From: Promethearchaeia archaeon
Lineage (GTDB): Archaea > Asgardarchaeota > Lokiarchaeia > Sigyniarchaeales > SOKP01
Reading direction: 5' to 3'
Assembly (NCBI GenBank): GCA_029856155.1
Contig: JAHQWL010000033.1
Coordinates: 1-48,365 of the forward strand
Length of the DNA: 48,365 bases
The notes under the pieces are model-generated. The model searched no databases, was not told the DNA's origin, and saw only the letters and a list, made by a program, of their open reading frames with translations. Shown here one piece after another: positions 36,944 through 47,341 of this stretch (position 1 is its first letter; each line of letters starts with the position of its first letter). Position numbers and translations under genes: made by a program.

Positions 36944-37396
36944 ATGTCGCAAGAAACAAAAGATAGGAAACAAGCTTTTAAAAAGATATCTATGATTTTA
37001 ATAATTTTACTTGCAATCTTTATTATTCTCTCCGTTATCCTAGGTCTGATTTTTCCATTAGAAAAGGTCACCGCATTAATTATAACTTGCACAATAATTA
37101 TTGGGGTTATAGTTATTGGATACTTGTATTACGGTCTTTTTAGGTTTGAGATTGTAAAGGCAACATCTGTAAACAAAATTATTGAAAAAAATTATAGAAT
37201 TATCTTTATTTTGATAACAATTTTGACGTTAGTCGGTACAGGTTGTTTTTTTCTGGACTTATATCTAGTCGCAGGTGATATGACCCTACTTACTTGGGGA
37301 AGTTTTATATTAGGATTCATGGCTTTAATAATTTTAGGAATAGTAGCTGTTATCGGATTCTTTAAAATAGCGGAGGAAATAAAAGCGCAATTGTAA
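36944..37396 (+). CDS. Four-helix membrane protein, hypothetical
   Basis: Four hydrophobic segments; followed by an oligo-T tract. Confidence 0.75.
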   Translation: MSQETKDRKQAFKKISMILIILLAIFIILSVILGLIFPLEKVTALIITCTIIIGVIVIGYLYYGLFRFEIVKATSVNKIIEKNYRIIFILITILTLVGTGCFFLDLYLVAGDMTLLTWGSFILGFMALIILGIVAVIGFFKIAEEIKAQL

Positions 37397-37513
37397 TTTT
37401 TTTTTTTTAACATTATCTTTTTAAATATTTTTTATTTTATCTATCTAAAATTATTGTTTTTAATACAACCACTGGGATTAATTAAGAGTTATTTATTTAT
37501 TTAAACAACATAA

Positions 37514-38392
37514 ATGATTATAATGATGGAAAATATTAAAACTCGAAATGCCATTGTTCAACAATCGATAAAAGAATATCAGGTTCTTTTTAGATATCGC
37601 CCTGAGGATTATGGTTATTGGAATGAAAAAAGTGAAAAAGGTTTAACTCACTGTTATATTAAAGACGATGGGGAATTAATACCTTGGGTGGGGGAAAATA
37701 TTTTAAAATCCTTTAATGAGGTCACATTAAACATTAAAGATGATACTTTTGACTCAAAATTTAAGAAAATGAGAGTTGCAAAGCGCGCTCCAAATTATTG
37801 GAGATTTTATTATACCACTGAACGAATAGTTGCAACCATTCCTTATGGAAAAACCTTAAAGATAGGAGATGCCGCCGAATTGTTTAAAAACACGTTAAAG
37901 CGACAACTTCACAAAAATCAGTATATTGTCACTCACTTACCTCATTCCATGCTCGCTGGGATTGTATTAAGGTTACAAGTGGGAAAATCGAAATGCAAAC
38001 ATATCGCTTTCGTGTATAAAAATAAATTAGTATCTCAAGATAGAATAGTCAATTATACATTGTATTTTTTTGAATATGGGGACTCAATTCAATCAGAAAA
38101 ATTTTGTTTAAAAGTTAAAAATTTAGCATGTAATCTCCAACTAAAATTACTTCCAATAGCTAAAGAAAATAAGTTAATTTCTAACACTGATATGGAACTT
38201 ATTCGATCCGAGGTATCTAAAAACTTAAAAAACAATAAGTTTGAAATAAGCTCAAGTAGAGAAAAATTTAGAGATTTTACGATAAAAACATTGTATGTTG
38301 GGGGAATCCCAAATCCAATTTTTCCTAGATCAAGCAGTAATATACCCTCCTTTCAAAGTGTTTATCGAGATAAATATCATCGTTATTCTTAA
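37514..38392 (+). CDS. hypothetical protein
   Basis: 292-aa basic ORF; no family recognised. Confidence 0.65.
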   Translation: MIIMMENIKTRNAIVQQSIKEYQVLFRYRPEDYGYWNEKSEKGLTHCYIKDDGELIPWVGENILKSFNEVTLNIKDDTFDSKFKKMRVAKRAPNYWRFYYTTERIVATIPYGKTLKIGDAAELFKNTLKRQLHKNQYIVTHLPHSMLAGIVLRLQVGKSKCKHIAFVYKNKLVSQDRIVNYTLYFFEYGDSIQSEKFCLKVKNLACNLQLKLLPIAKENKLISNTDMELIRSEVSKNLKNNKFEISSSREKFRDFTIKTLYVGGIPNPIFPRSSSNIPSFQSVYRDKYHRYS

Positions 38393-38770
38393 ACCATTAT
38401 TGTTAAATCATATTATTTGATTCACCTGAACTATAGGTTTGTTCATTGCTTCTAATAACTAATAAATTATAACTCAAATTTATTTAATTAGATTAACTCA
38501 TTAAGCAAAATGTGAAAAAATCTTTATTTATTATTCTCTCTAATTAAATGTGGAGATCTTATCAATTATCCTGTAAAGTTATAGGAAAAAGTTGCTAGCT
38601 GGAATTTAATTGCAACAAAAGAAAGGATAAAATCTTCCTATTTTTTCATTTTTTATTAATATTTCAATTATAGAATTTAATTTTAATCATTAATCTTGAA
38701 AACAATGCATAATGTTTGAAATTAAAACAAAAACATAAATTCTTATAATATTTGAATCCTATTTCTCCTT

Positions 38771-39823
38771 ATGAGTATGAAGAAAGTGAGTTCGAGTGTT
38801 ATTCGATTAGCACATGGAGCTGGAGGGGTATTACAAGAAGAACTGATTAATTTCATTACGCGTAACATTACTTATAAGAAGATAGGTAAAGGAATCGGAG
38901 TAGAAGAATTGGATGATGGTGCTACCATTCCTTTAGAAGATTATGATCAAGAAATTGTAGTTACTGCTGATGGGCATACTATTTATCCTCTATTTTTTCC
39001 CGGAGGAGACTTAGGAACATTAAGTGTTTGTGGAACTGTTAATGATCTGATAATGATGGGTGCTGAACCCTTAGCTTTGACATCGATGGTAATCATAGAA
39101 GAAGGATTCAAATTTAGTCAATTGGAAAGAATAGTTAATTCAATGAATTTAATGGCAAAAGAGGCTAATATTGCGATAATTGCGGGGGATACTAAAGTAA
39201 TGCCGAGGGGAACATTAAATGAGTTAATTATTGCGACAACTGGCATTGGAATTAAGGATAAAAACATAAAAGTTTTAGACAACAACATTAGAACTGGAGA
39301 TCATATCATCCTAACTGGAAGTATTGGAGATCATGGGACAGCATTAATCGCTTCACGAGAAGGATTGAATATATCTACTGATTTGAAATCAGATGTCTCA
39401 CTACTACTCGAAATCTATAATGTATTGAAGTCTGATATTAGTAATAATTATATCCATGCAATGAAGGATCCCACACGCGGAGGAATAGCTGCTGCTTTGA
39501 ATAATTGGGCAGTAAAATCAAATATTAGTATTTGGATTGATGAAGAAAAAATCCCGATTAAAAAACAAGTTGAAGCAATATGCGATATGTTAGGTTTAGA
39601 TCCTTACAACATTGCAAGTGAAGGAAGAGCTCTCTTGGCAGTAGATCCAAATCATTCTGAAAGTATCTTAGAGAAAATAAAGGCAACCCAGATTGGCAAA
39701 GAAGCGGAAATAATTGGTGAAGTAAGAGCTGAAAATCCTAAACGAGTGTTCTTAAAAACAATTGTTGGTGGTACTCGATTTGTAGATATGCCACTAGGAG
39801 AACCAATCCCCAGAATTTGTTAA
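38771..39823 (+). CDS. hypE: Hydrogenase maturation carbamoyl dehydratase HypE
   Basis: LAHGAGG, FPGGDLG, GTVNDL, GDTKV, KDPTRGG, C-terminal PRIC. Confidence 0.96.
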   Translation: MSMKKVSSSVIRLAHGAGGVLQEELINFITRNITYKKIGKGIGVEELDDGATIPLEDYDQEIVVTADGHTIYPLFFPGGDLGTLSVCGTVNDLIMMGAEPLALTSMVIIEEGFKFSQLERIVNSMNLMAKEANIAIIAGDTKVMPRGTLNELIIATTGIGIKDKNIKVLDNNIRTGDHIILTGSIGDHGTALIASREGLNISTDLKSDVSLLLEIYNVLKSDISNNYIHAMKDPTRGGIAAALNNWAVKSNISIWIDEEKIPIKKQVEAICDMLGLDPYNIASEGRALLAVDPNHSESILEKIKATQIGKEAEIIGEVRAENPKRVFLKTIVGGTRFVDMPLGEPIPRIC

Positions 39824-39834
39824 TAGGTGAAAAT

Positions 39835-40929
39835 ATGGATATTCCCGGTTTGGATGTTTTAAGAAACAAAGAATTTACCAATAAAATTATTAAGTCAATT
39901 ATTAAAACTTTTAAAGAAATAGGTAAACCAGTTAAATTGATGCATGTTTGTGGAACTCATGAACATACAATTTCTAAATATGGATTAAGAACTCTATTAC
40001 CTAAAGAAATTGAAATATTATCGGGTCCAGGATGCCCAGTATGTGTATGTCCTGCTGCTGATATTGATAAAGCGATTGAGCTTGGAAAACGAAATGATAC
40101 GATAATAACAACTTTTGGAGATATGATCAGAGTTCCTGCTACAAATATCTCTCTTGCTGAACTTAAAGCAAGAGGTTCTGATGTACGTATTATATATGGG
40201 CCAAATGATGCTGTTAAAATAGCTAAGGAAAATCCAGATAAAGAGGTGATATTTTTTGCAATAGGATTTGAAACAACAGTCCCATTAATAGGATACGAAT
40301 TACAATCTGGGCCGCCTTCAAATTTTTCAGTAATATGTGCTCATAAGTTAATACCGGCGGCTTTAGAACTTTTAATGAGTCAATCTCAATTAAAAATTGA
40401 TGGTTTTATTTCCCCTGGGCACGTATCAACCATAATAGGTTTAAAACCATATGAAATATTTTCTCAGGGCTATCACATTCCTAATGTCATTACGGGATTT
40501 GAGCCAAATGATGTATTACTCTCAATCCTAATGCTTTTGAAGCAGGTGAGAGATAAAAAATATGATACTTTAAATGAATACTCTAGAGTTGTGAAACCCG
40601 AAGGGAATATAATCGCTCAAAAGATAATAGAAGATGTGTTTGAACCTGTCTCATCTCCATGGAGAGGTATCGGGAGAGTTAATGATGGTGGATTGATTAT
40701 TAGAGAGGAATACAGCCAATTTGACGCTGACCAAAAGTATAATATAAAAATCTCAAAATCTCAAGATATTCCTCCTGGCTGTTCTTGTCATCTTGTTATG
40801 GTTGGAAAATTATATCCTTATGAGTGTAAATTGTTTAGGAAAGAATGCACTCCAATTAATCCGATTGGACCATGTATGGTTTCAATGGAAGGAACTTGTA
40901 GTATTTATTACAAATTTCATGAAAGATAA
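39835..40929 (+). CDS. hypD: Hydrogenase maturation protein HypD
   Basis: VCGTH, GPGCPVCV, GFETT, PGHVS, GPCMVSMEGTC; ATG 39835 follows an AGGTGA SD. Confidence 0.96.
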   Translation: MDIPGLDVLRNKEFTNKIIKSIIKTFKEIGKPVKLMHVCGTHEHTISKYGLRTLLPKEIEILSGPGCPVCVCPAADIDKAIELGKRNDTIITTFGDMIRVPATNISLAELKARGSDVRIIYGPNDAVKIAKENPDKEVIFFAIGFETTVPLIGYELQSGPPSNFSVICAHKLIPAALELLMSQSQLKIDGFISPGHVSTIIGLKPYEIFSQGYHIPNVITGFEPNDVLLSILMLLKQVRDKKYDTLNEYSRVVKPEGNIIAQKIIEDVFEPVSSPWRGIGRVNDGGLIIREEYSQFDADQKYNIKISKSQDIPPGCSCHLVMVGKLYPYECKLFRKECTPINPIGPCMVSMEGTCSIYYKFHER

Positions 40930-41017
40930 TAATAGTCTTGTAGAAGAATGTCAAAAACAACAAAACTATATTTTAAATTAGAGATGAAAAATCTTAAACT
41001 GAACATGGAAAACATGA

Positions 41018-41426
41018 TTAATATTTGTCAGTTCCCCACGAATCTATAGCAGGAAAATTACATCGATATCCTTTTCTATAATTTTTATTAAAATATGTTT
41101 TTACATACATTCCTCATATTTTTTTATCGAGATCTACCCGAGTTAGTCCTTGGGATTTAGAATTTGAAGAAAAATTTTCAGTGTTATAATCGAGACTACA
41201 TTTCCAAAAATAAGGTTTTTTTTTAAGGTATAAAGATCTATCTTCTACATACTCTTGCATCCAAGGTACAAGATAAATATCATCTTTCCCTTCAAAATAA
41301 TTAATCAGATATTTTAGTCCAGATTCAAAAATTCCTTCACTTGCTGCCCAATATCCCCCCAATAACTTACGAGCACAATTAAAATACACCCTTTTAAATC
41401 TCTTACTGTTGGCTATTTATAGTCAT
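41018..41426 (-). pseudogene. Probable disrupted hypothetical gene including ORF 41114-41389
   Basis: The frame stays open for about 30 codons beyond TGA 41116-41114 (GMYVKTYFNKNYRKGYRCNFPAIDSWGTDKY*). The nearest upstream ATG (41426) is out of frame by one base. Confidence 0.4.
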
Positions 41427-41540
41427 TTCTAAAACAAAAGCATAATTTAATAATATTTAACATAATAAAATATTAGTTTTTTTAGTGATTATTTAATTAA
41501 TTAAATTTGAAAAAGAAATAGAAAACTTGAAGGCAATTAT

Positions 41541-43937
41541 TTGAAAAGTTTTAAAACTATAGAAATTAGGATTACTGGAATTGTTCAAGGAGTAGGTTTT
41601 AGGCCATTTTTATATAATCTAGCACATAATCTAAATCTTAAAGGCTATATATTAAATCAAGGAAATGCTGGAGTAAGATTGATTTTACAAGGGAATTCTC
41701 AAAATATTAAAAAATTTTTAAAAAATATTGATATAGAGAAACCAAAAATTTCTTTCATTGAAGAGATTAAGACTAATTATTTAGATTTTCAAAAAGAATT
41801 TAATAAATTAGAGATAAGGAAAAGTGAAAAAGGACGCGGAGTTAGTCTAACTCTTCCACCAGATATAGCAATCTGTAATGAATGCCTAAAAGATATGAAT
41901 GATCCTCAAAAAAGGAAATATTATCAATATCCTTTTACCGCATGTGCCGTATGTGGTCCTAGATATACTACTGTAACTGAATTACCTTATGATAGAGAAA
42001 GAAGTACAATGATTAAATTTCCTTTCTGCAAGAAAGCTGACCCTGAATCCTGTATTCAAGAATATTCAGATTTTAAGAATCGAAGGTTTCATGCTCAAAC
42101 ATTTGCGTGCTCAGTTTGTGGACCTAATTATACATTATATAACAAACAAGGAGAAATAGTTAATGATGAGTCTTTAGATTCAATTTTAAAAGAAACAGCC
42201 AAGATGATTAATGAAGGAGAAATAATTGCTGTAAAAGGTATTGGAGGTACTCATCTCGTTTGTTTAGCAAATGATAACACCATCCTAAAACTTCGTGAAA
42301 GAAAAGGAGAAAGAAAATATAAGCCTTTTGCTATAATGATTCCTAATTTAAAAATGATTGAAAATGATATAATAATTTCAACTAAGGAAAAGGAATTAAT
42401 AACTTCGTTTCGAAGGCCTATAGTTCTTTTAGAAAGAAAAGAATTAATTGATAAATCATTAATTAGTGAAAAAGTAGCTCCTGGGTTAAATAATGTAGGA
42501 ATATTACTTCCATATTCGGGTATCCATCATTTGCTATTCCAATATATTGGTGAAAAACCTTTAATATATACAAGTGGGAATAAATCCTATATGCCTATGT
42601 CTATTGATAATAAAGACATATTCAGCCAACTTAAAGATTTAGCAGAATTATTTCTTCTTCATAATAGACCAATTTATCAAAGAGCTGATGATAGTGTTTT
42701 AAGAATTCATAACAATAAAGTGAAATTAATTAGAAGATCGAGAGGATATGTTCCAGAATATTTACCATTACCATTTGAAGTAGAAATACCTAGTGCTTTA
42801 GCTATGGGCCCCGAATTATCAGTCACAGGAGCAGTTTTAAGGAGAAATCGAATATTTCCTACTCAACATATCGGAAATGTTACTCATTTAGAAACGTACA
42901 ATTTTCTTAAGGATGCTCTTTTTCATATGAAAAATCTTTTGCAAGTGAAAGATTCTGAATTAAAATTTATTGTTTGTGATGCCCATCCAGCTTTTATAAC
43001 AACAAAATTAGGGAATGAAATAGCGAATCAATTTAATATTCCTCTATATTCAGTGCAACATCACTACGCTCATATTTTAGGTCTTATGGCAGAGAATAAA
43101 ATCGGACCGGATGAAAAAATAATGGGTATAAGTACTGATGGTGTTGGTTATGGAGATGATGGTAATATTTGGGGTGGAGAAATTTTGCTAAGTTCTTATA
43201 ATGATTATGAGCGGCTTGGTTTTTTAGAATATCAACCAATGATTGGAGGAGATCGTTGTACAAAATATCCTGCTCGGATGGTTGCTTCTATTATCCTTAA
43301 TACTTTAGGTATAGATGATTCTGTAAAAATTTTCAAACATATTGGTTTAGAAAATGATTTAGAATATAAAGAGAATGAATTGAAAACATTAATTTCTCAA
43401 TTTAGCAATGCAAATCAAAATTTTCCATCCGAGAATATACCTTTATCCAGTTCAACTGGTAGAATATTTGATGCCGTTTCTTATCTTTTAGGAGCCGCAA
43501 ATATTAAAACATATAGAGGAGAACCTGCTATGAGACTTGAAGGTTTAGCCTCAAAAGGCAATCCTAATAATATAGATTTAGAAATCAAATATTCTAGAAA
43601 AAATGGAATACGTGTAATAGATACTTCAAAGATAATAACTGATATTTTAAAATTATCAGAAAAACCGACTTCGATAAAAGAAGATATAGCTGCTGCTTTT
43701 CAAGTTGAATTTGGAAAGTCTTTTGCTAATGTAGCTATTGAATGCGCTAGAGAATATAATATAGAGAAGATAGGATTATCTGGAGGTGTTGCTTACAATT
43801 ACTCATTTTCGAAAGCTTTAAAGGATGAAATTATTAAAAATGGTTTCATTTTTTTAGAAAATAATCACATTGCTCCAGGAGATGCAGGAATTAGCACGGG
43901 GCAGTTAGTTGGAGGAATTTTCAAACATGGATTTTAA
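41541..43937 (+). CDS. hypF: Hydrogenase maturation carbamoyltransferase HypF
   Basis: GIVQGVGFRPF acylphosphatase domain, CNEC/CAVCGPRY zinc fingers, RRFHAQ, KGIGG, QHHYAH, DGVGYG, GDAGISTGQ. Confidence 0.96.
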   Translation: MKSFKTIEIRITGIVQGVGFRPFLYNLAHNLNLKGYILNQGNAGVRLILQGNSQNIKKFLKNIDIEKPKISFIEEIKTNYLDFQKEFNKLEIRKSEKGRGVSLTLPPDIAICNECLKDMNDPQKRKYYQYPFTACAVCGPRYTTVTELPYDRERSTMIKFPFCKKADPESCIQEYSDFKNRRFHAQTFACSVCGPNYTLYNKQGEIVNDESLDSILKETAKMINEGEIIAVKGIGGTHLVCLANDNTILKLRERKGERKYKPFAIMIPNLKMIENDIIISTKEKELITSFRRPIVLLERKELIDKSLISEKVAPGLNNVGILLPYSGIHHLLFQYIGEKPLIYTSGNKSYMPMSIDNKDIFSQLKDLAELFLLHNRPIYQRADDSVLRIHNNKVKLIRRSRGYVPEYLPLPFEVEIPSALAMGPELSVTGAVLRRNRIFPTQHIGNVTHLETYNFLKDALFHMKNLLQVKDSELKFIVCDAHPAFITTKLGNEIANQFNIPLYSVQHHYAHILGLMAENKIGPDEKIMGISTDGVGYGDDGNIWGGEILLSSYNDYERLGFLEYQPMIGGDRCTKYPARMVASIILNTLGIDDSVKIFKHIGLENDLEYKENELKTLISQFSNANQNFPSENIPLSSSTGRIFDAVSYLLGAANIKTYRGEPAMRLEGLASKGNPNNIDLEIKYSRKNGIRVIDTSKIITDILKLSEKPTSIKEDIAAAFQVEFGKSFANVAIECAREYNIEKIGLSGGVAYNYSFSKALKDEIIKNGFIFLENNHIAPGDAGISTGQLVGGIFKHGF

Positions 43938-43994
43938 GATATACCTTTATAATTCTTTATCTCATAATATTTAGTAAAAAAAAAGGTAATCTTA

Positions 43995-44150
43995 ATGAAA
44001 TGTAAAATACTTGAAACTCCAATTAGAACTAAAAAAGCAGAACCAATAATTAATGAACGTTTAGCAGGGAATAGTCATCTAAATATTAAATTTATTCAAG
44101 AACTAGTAGTAGGAAATATGTTAAGAATAAGATACTACTATAAAGATTAG
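43995..44150 (+). CDS. Small 51-aa protein below the ORF-track cutoff
   Basis: MKCKILETPIRTKKAEPIINERLAGNSHLNIKFIQELVVGNMLRIRYYYKD*; ATG preceded by AAGGT; fills the hypF-purF gap. Confidence 0.55.
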   Translation: MKCKILETPIRTKKAEPIINERLAGNSHLNIKFIQELVVGNMLRIRYYYKD

Positions 44151-44297
44151 TGAAGATAGCAAAGAAATCTAACTCAAATCAATCTTATTTTTTTTATAAT
44201 TAAAAAGTGTAGTTTTTTTGACTTTTTATTCAAATCATAATAGATTAACAATTTGATTTAATAATATTTTTCCATTTAAATTAATTGTGAAGGTATA

Positions 44298-45695
44298 ATG
44301 GGTGGTCTTTTTGGAGTTTTTTCAAATTCAGATTGTTTAGAAGATCTTTTCTTTGGGACAGATTATCATTCTCATTTAGGAACTAGAAGAGGAGGATTGG
44401 CAGTAAAAAACTCGGGTGGGTTTCAACGGTTTATTAAAAACATAACAACAACTCAATTTAGGTCTAAATTCGAGAAAGATATAAAGAAAATGCATGGAAA
44501 TAAAGGTATAGGTGTAATCAGTGATTATGATGACCAACCATTAATAATCAATTCTCATTTAGGCGTTTTTGCTATTGTTACTGTGGGAAAAATTAATAAT
44601 TTAGAAGATTTAGCAAATGACGCATTAAAGAATGGCTCTCATTTCTCAGAGATGCATGGGGGAGAAATTAATCCTACTGAAATGGTAGCAACAATTATTA
44701 GTCAGGGTGCTACATTTGAAGAAGGAATTCAGAAAGTTCAAGATATGGTTGATGGATCATGTACAATGCTTATATTAACAAATGAAGGAATCTACGCTGT
44801 TCGAGATAAATTAGGGAGAACTCCGCTCATTATAGGGGAGAAATCAGGGGCTTATGCCATAACGATGGAAACTTGTGCATTTCCTAATTTACGTTATAAA
44901 ACAACAAAATACCTTGGACCGGGTGAAGTCATTTTTATAAGTAAAAATGGTCTCGAACAAAAAATCAGACCAAGAGACCGACTGCAAATTTGCGCGTTTC
45001 TATGGGTGTATTATGGATATCCCGCATCTAGTTATGAGGGTATTAACGTAGAATCGGTTCGATATAAGTGTGGATCTTATTTGGCAAAAAATGATAATAT
45101 TGAAATTGATCTGGTAGCAGGTATCCCTGACTCAGGAACAGCACATGGTTTAGGGTATGCTAATGAAGCTAAAATTCCTTTTTCACGACCATATGTAAAA
45201 TACACCCCAACATGGCCTAGAAGCTTCATGCCACAAGTTCAATCCATTAGAGACCAAGTTGCGAAAATGAAATTAATACCTATTAAAGATCTTATTGATA
45301 ACAAACGTTTATTATTTTGTGAAGATTCAATTGTGAGGGGTACTCAACTGCGAAAAACAATTCAACGATTATATGAATATGGGGCTAAGGAAGTGCATAT
45401 GCGACCAGCATGTCCTCCACTTGTTTATAGTTGTAAATTTCTAAATTTTTCTCGATCTCGTTCTGAATTGGATTTAGCTGGACGATGGGCTATAAAAGAA
45501 CTACTTGGAAAGAATATCGAGGATCCTGCAGAATATACCGATCCAGAATCGGATAACTATAAAGCTATGGTTGAAGTCATTCGCAAAAAATTACAATTGA
45601 CAACTTTGCAATATCAGAGACTTGAAAACTTAATTAAAGCTATTGGGTTACCAAAAGAAAGGTTATGTACATATTGTTGGGATGGTGTAGAATAG
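44298..45695 (+). CDS. Amidophosphoribosyltransferase paralog lacking the N-terminal catalytic Cys
   Basis: Begins MGGLFG instead of C-G-x-x-G; keeps IPDSG, EDSIVRGT and the Fe-S cysteines (ICAF, ACPP..YSC, CTYC). Confidence 0.85.
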   Translation: MGGLFGVFSNSDCLEDLFFGTDYHSHLGTRRGGLAVKNSGGFQRFIKNITTTQFRSKFEKDIKKMHGNKGIGVISDYDDQPLIINSHLGVFAIVTVGKINNLEDLANDALKNGSHFSEMHGGEINPTEMVATIISQGATFEEGIQKVQDMVDGSCTMLILTNEGIYAVRDKLGRTPLIIGEKSGAYAITMETCAFPNLRYKTTKYLGPGEVIFISKNGLEQKIRPRDRLQICAFLWVYYGYPASSYEGINVESVRYKCGSYLAKNDNIEIDLVAGIPDSGTAHGLGYANEAKIPFSRPYVKYTPTWPRSFMPQVQSIRDQVAKMKLIPIKDLIDNKRLLFCEDSIVRGTQLRKTIQRLYEYGAKEVHMRPACPPLVYSCKFLNFSRSRSELDLAGRWAIKELLGKNIEDPAEYTDPESDNYKAMVEVIRKKLQLTTLQYQRLENLIKAIGLPKERLCTYCWDGVE

Positions 45696-45709
45696 AAAGA
45701 AACTAAAAA

Positions 45710-47233
45710 TCAAATTCTACTCTTAACAATAGATTCTTCTAATTCTGCTAACTTTTGTACAGATTTTAATTGGTATTCACCTGTTAAACAAGCTAAACAT
45801 AATTCATTTCTACTCTTTCCTATAGCTTGAGTTAGATTATTTATTGTTTGATATAACAATGTATCCGGTCCTATTGTTCTTTGAATTTCATCTATATACC
45901 TCTTACCATACTGGCTTTGAAATCTTCCTGCGATTAATTCGCCTTTAGTAGGAAAATCAATTCCCATATAGCATGGACTAACTATTGGAGGACAACTTAC
46001 TCTTAAATGAACCCGTTTAGCTCCTCCTTTTTCTTTTAATAATGATACTATTTGTTGGGTTGTTGTACCTCTTACAATTGAATCATCTAAAAGAATAACG
46101 TCTTTATCCTTTACAATGCTTTTTATAGGATTTAATTTCTCTTTTACAGCAATTTTGCGTTTTGCTTGACCAGGCATAATAAATGTCCTATGTACATACC
46201 GATTTTTCATTAAACCCTCTACATAAGGAAGTTTAGCTTCTTTTGCGTACCCTACTGCGACACTTCGGCCTGAATCGGGAACAGGGACTACAATTGCATT
46301 TTCCCTTATCTCAGAGTTTTTTAAAATAGGATCATTCTTAGCTAAATGCATACCTAATTGTAATCTTGCTTCAGCGACTGAAACTCCATCAATAATAGAG
46401 TCTGGTCGTGCGAAATATACATATTCAAATTGACAAATGGCTGTTCGGTCTGCTTTAATTACCAATTCTGAATGAATATCTTTTTGATGACTCAGATGTA
46501 CAATTTCTCCCGGTTTTACATCTCTTAAAAAGTCCCCTCCAACAGCATCAATAGCACATGATTCAGAAGCAACAAAATACAGATTTCGTTGTTCCGTTTT
46601 CAATTCCCCGATACATAAAGGTTTAAATCCTAATGGATCTCTTATAGCATAAATATCTCCTTCAGAGGTCATTAATATTAAAGAATAAGAGCCATCTAAT
46701 AATCTGCTAGTTAACTTAAGGATTTCAGGCCAATCCTCAGTTCCTAAGGCAATTGATCCGATTAGTTGCGCTAAAACCTCTGTATCTGTATCAGTGATAA
46801 AAATTCGTCCCATTTCGTCCATTCTTTTTTTGATTTCATCAAAATTAGCTATGGTTCCATTGAAAGCCATAGAAAATTCAATTTCATTGTTTTTGAAATG
46901 AAATGGTTGCATATAAAGAGAGGATTTAAATCCAACAGCACCAGTTGTTGCATATCTGTTGTGTCCAATACCTACATTTCCCCAATATTGTGAAATAATT
47001 CTTTCCTTTAAAACTTTTGAAACTAATCCATTTTTTTTATATGTAAAAATTTTGCCCCCTGTTTTCAAAATAGATATTCCTGTAGATTCTTGTCCTCGAT
47101 GTTGTAGTGCAATTAATCCTTTATATAAAATATTTGAGACAGAGTACCCAAGATCATCACAAGTTACACCAAAAATAGCACAATGCTCTCTTGGTTTTTC
47201 TCTCATTTGTTTTATTTTTTTTTTAAGAAGCAT
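45710..47233 (-). CDS. purF: Amidophosphoribosyltransferase (canonical, propeptide plus Fe-S type)
   Basis: REHCAIFG, LQHRGQES, GHNRYAT, CQFEYVYFARPDS, LDDSIVRGTT, CYMGIDF, CLACLTG. Confidence 0.96.
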   Translation of the reverse strand: MLLKKKIKQMREKPREHCAIFGVTCDDLGYSVSNILYKGLIALQHRGQESTGISILKTGGKIFTYKKNGLVSKVLKERIISQYWGNVGIGHNRYATTGAVGFKSSLYMQPFHFKNNEIEFSMAFNGTIANFDEIKKRMDEMGRIFITDTDTEVLAQLIGSIALGTEDWPEILKLTSRLLDGSYSLILMTSEGDIYAIRDPLGFKPLCIGELKTEQRNLYFVASESCAIDAVGGDFLRDVKPGEIVHLSHQKDIHSELVIKADRTAICQFEYVYFARPDSIIDGVSVAEARLQLGMHLAKNDPILKNSEIRENAIVVPVPDSGRSVAVGYAKEAKLPYVEGLMKNRYVHRTFIMPGQAKRKIAVKEKLNPIKSIVKDKDVILLDDSIVRGTTTQQIVSLLKEKGGAKRVHLRVSCPPIVSPCYMGIDFPTKGELIAGRFQSQYGKRYIDEIQRTIGPDTLLYQTINNLTQAIGKSRNELCLACLTGEYQLKSVQKLAELEESIVKSRI

Positions 47234-47341
47234 GATATTAGATAGATTGAGAGAATCCGTTTTATTAACTTCAATTAATTTAAATCATATATGATTTTTA
47301 ATTATTAGTTTAATAGAATATTAAATATTCCAACGATAAAA

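Noticed and set aside
41018-41116. In-frame TGA with an open downstream frame as another selenoprotein
   Set aside because: There is no Cys/redox context (KKI*GMY), no convincing SECIS was seen, and the 5' end also looks frameshifted. A nonsense mutation is more likely.
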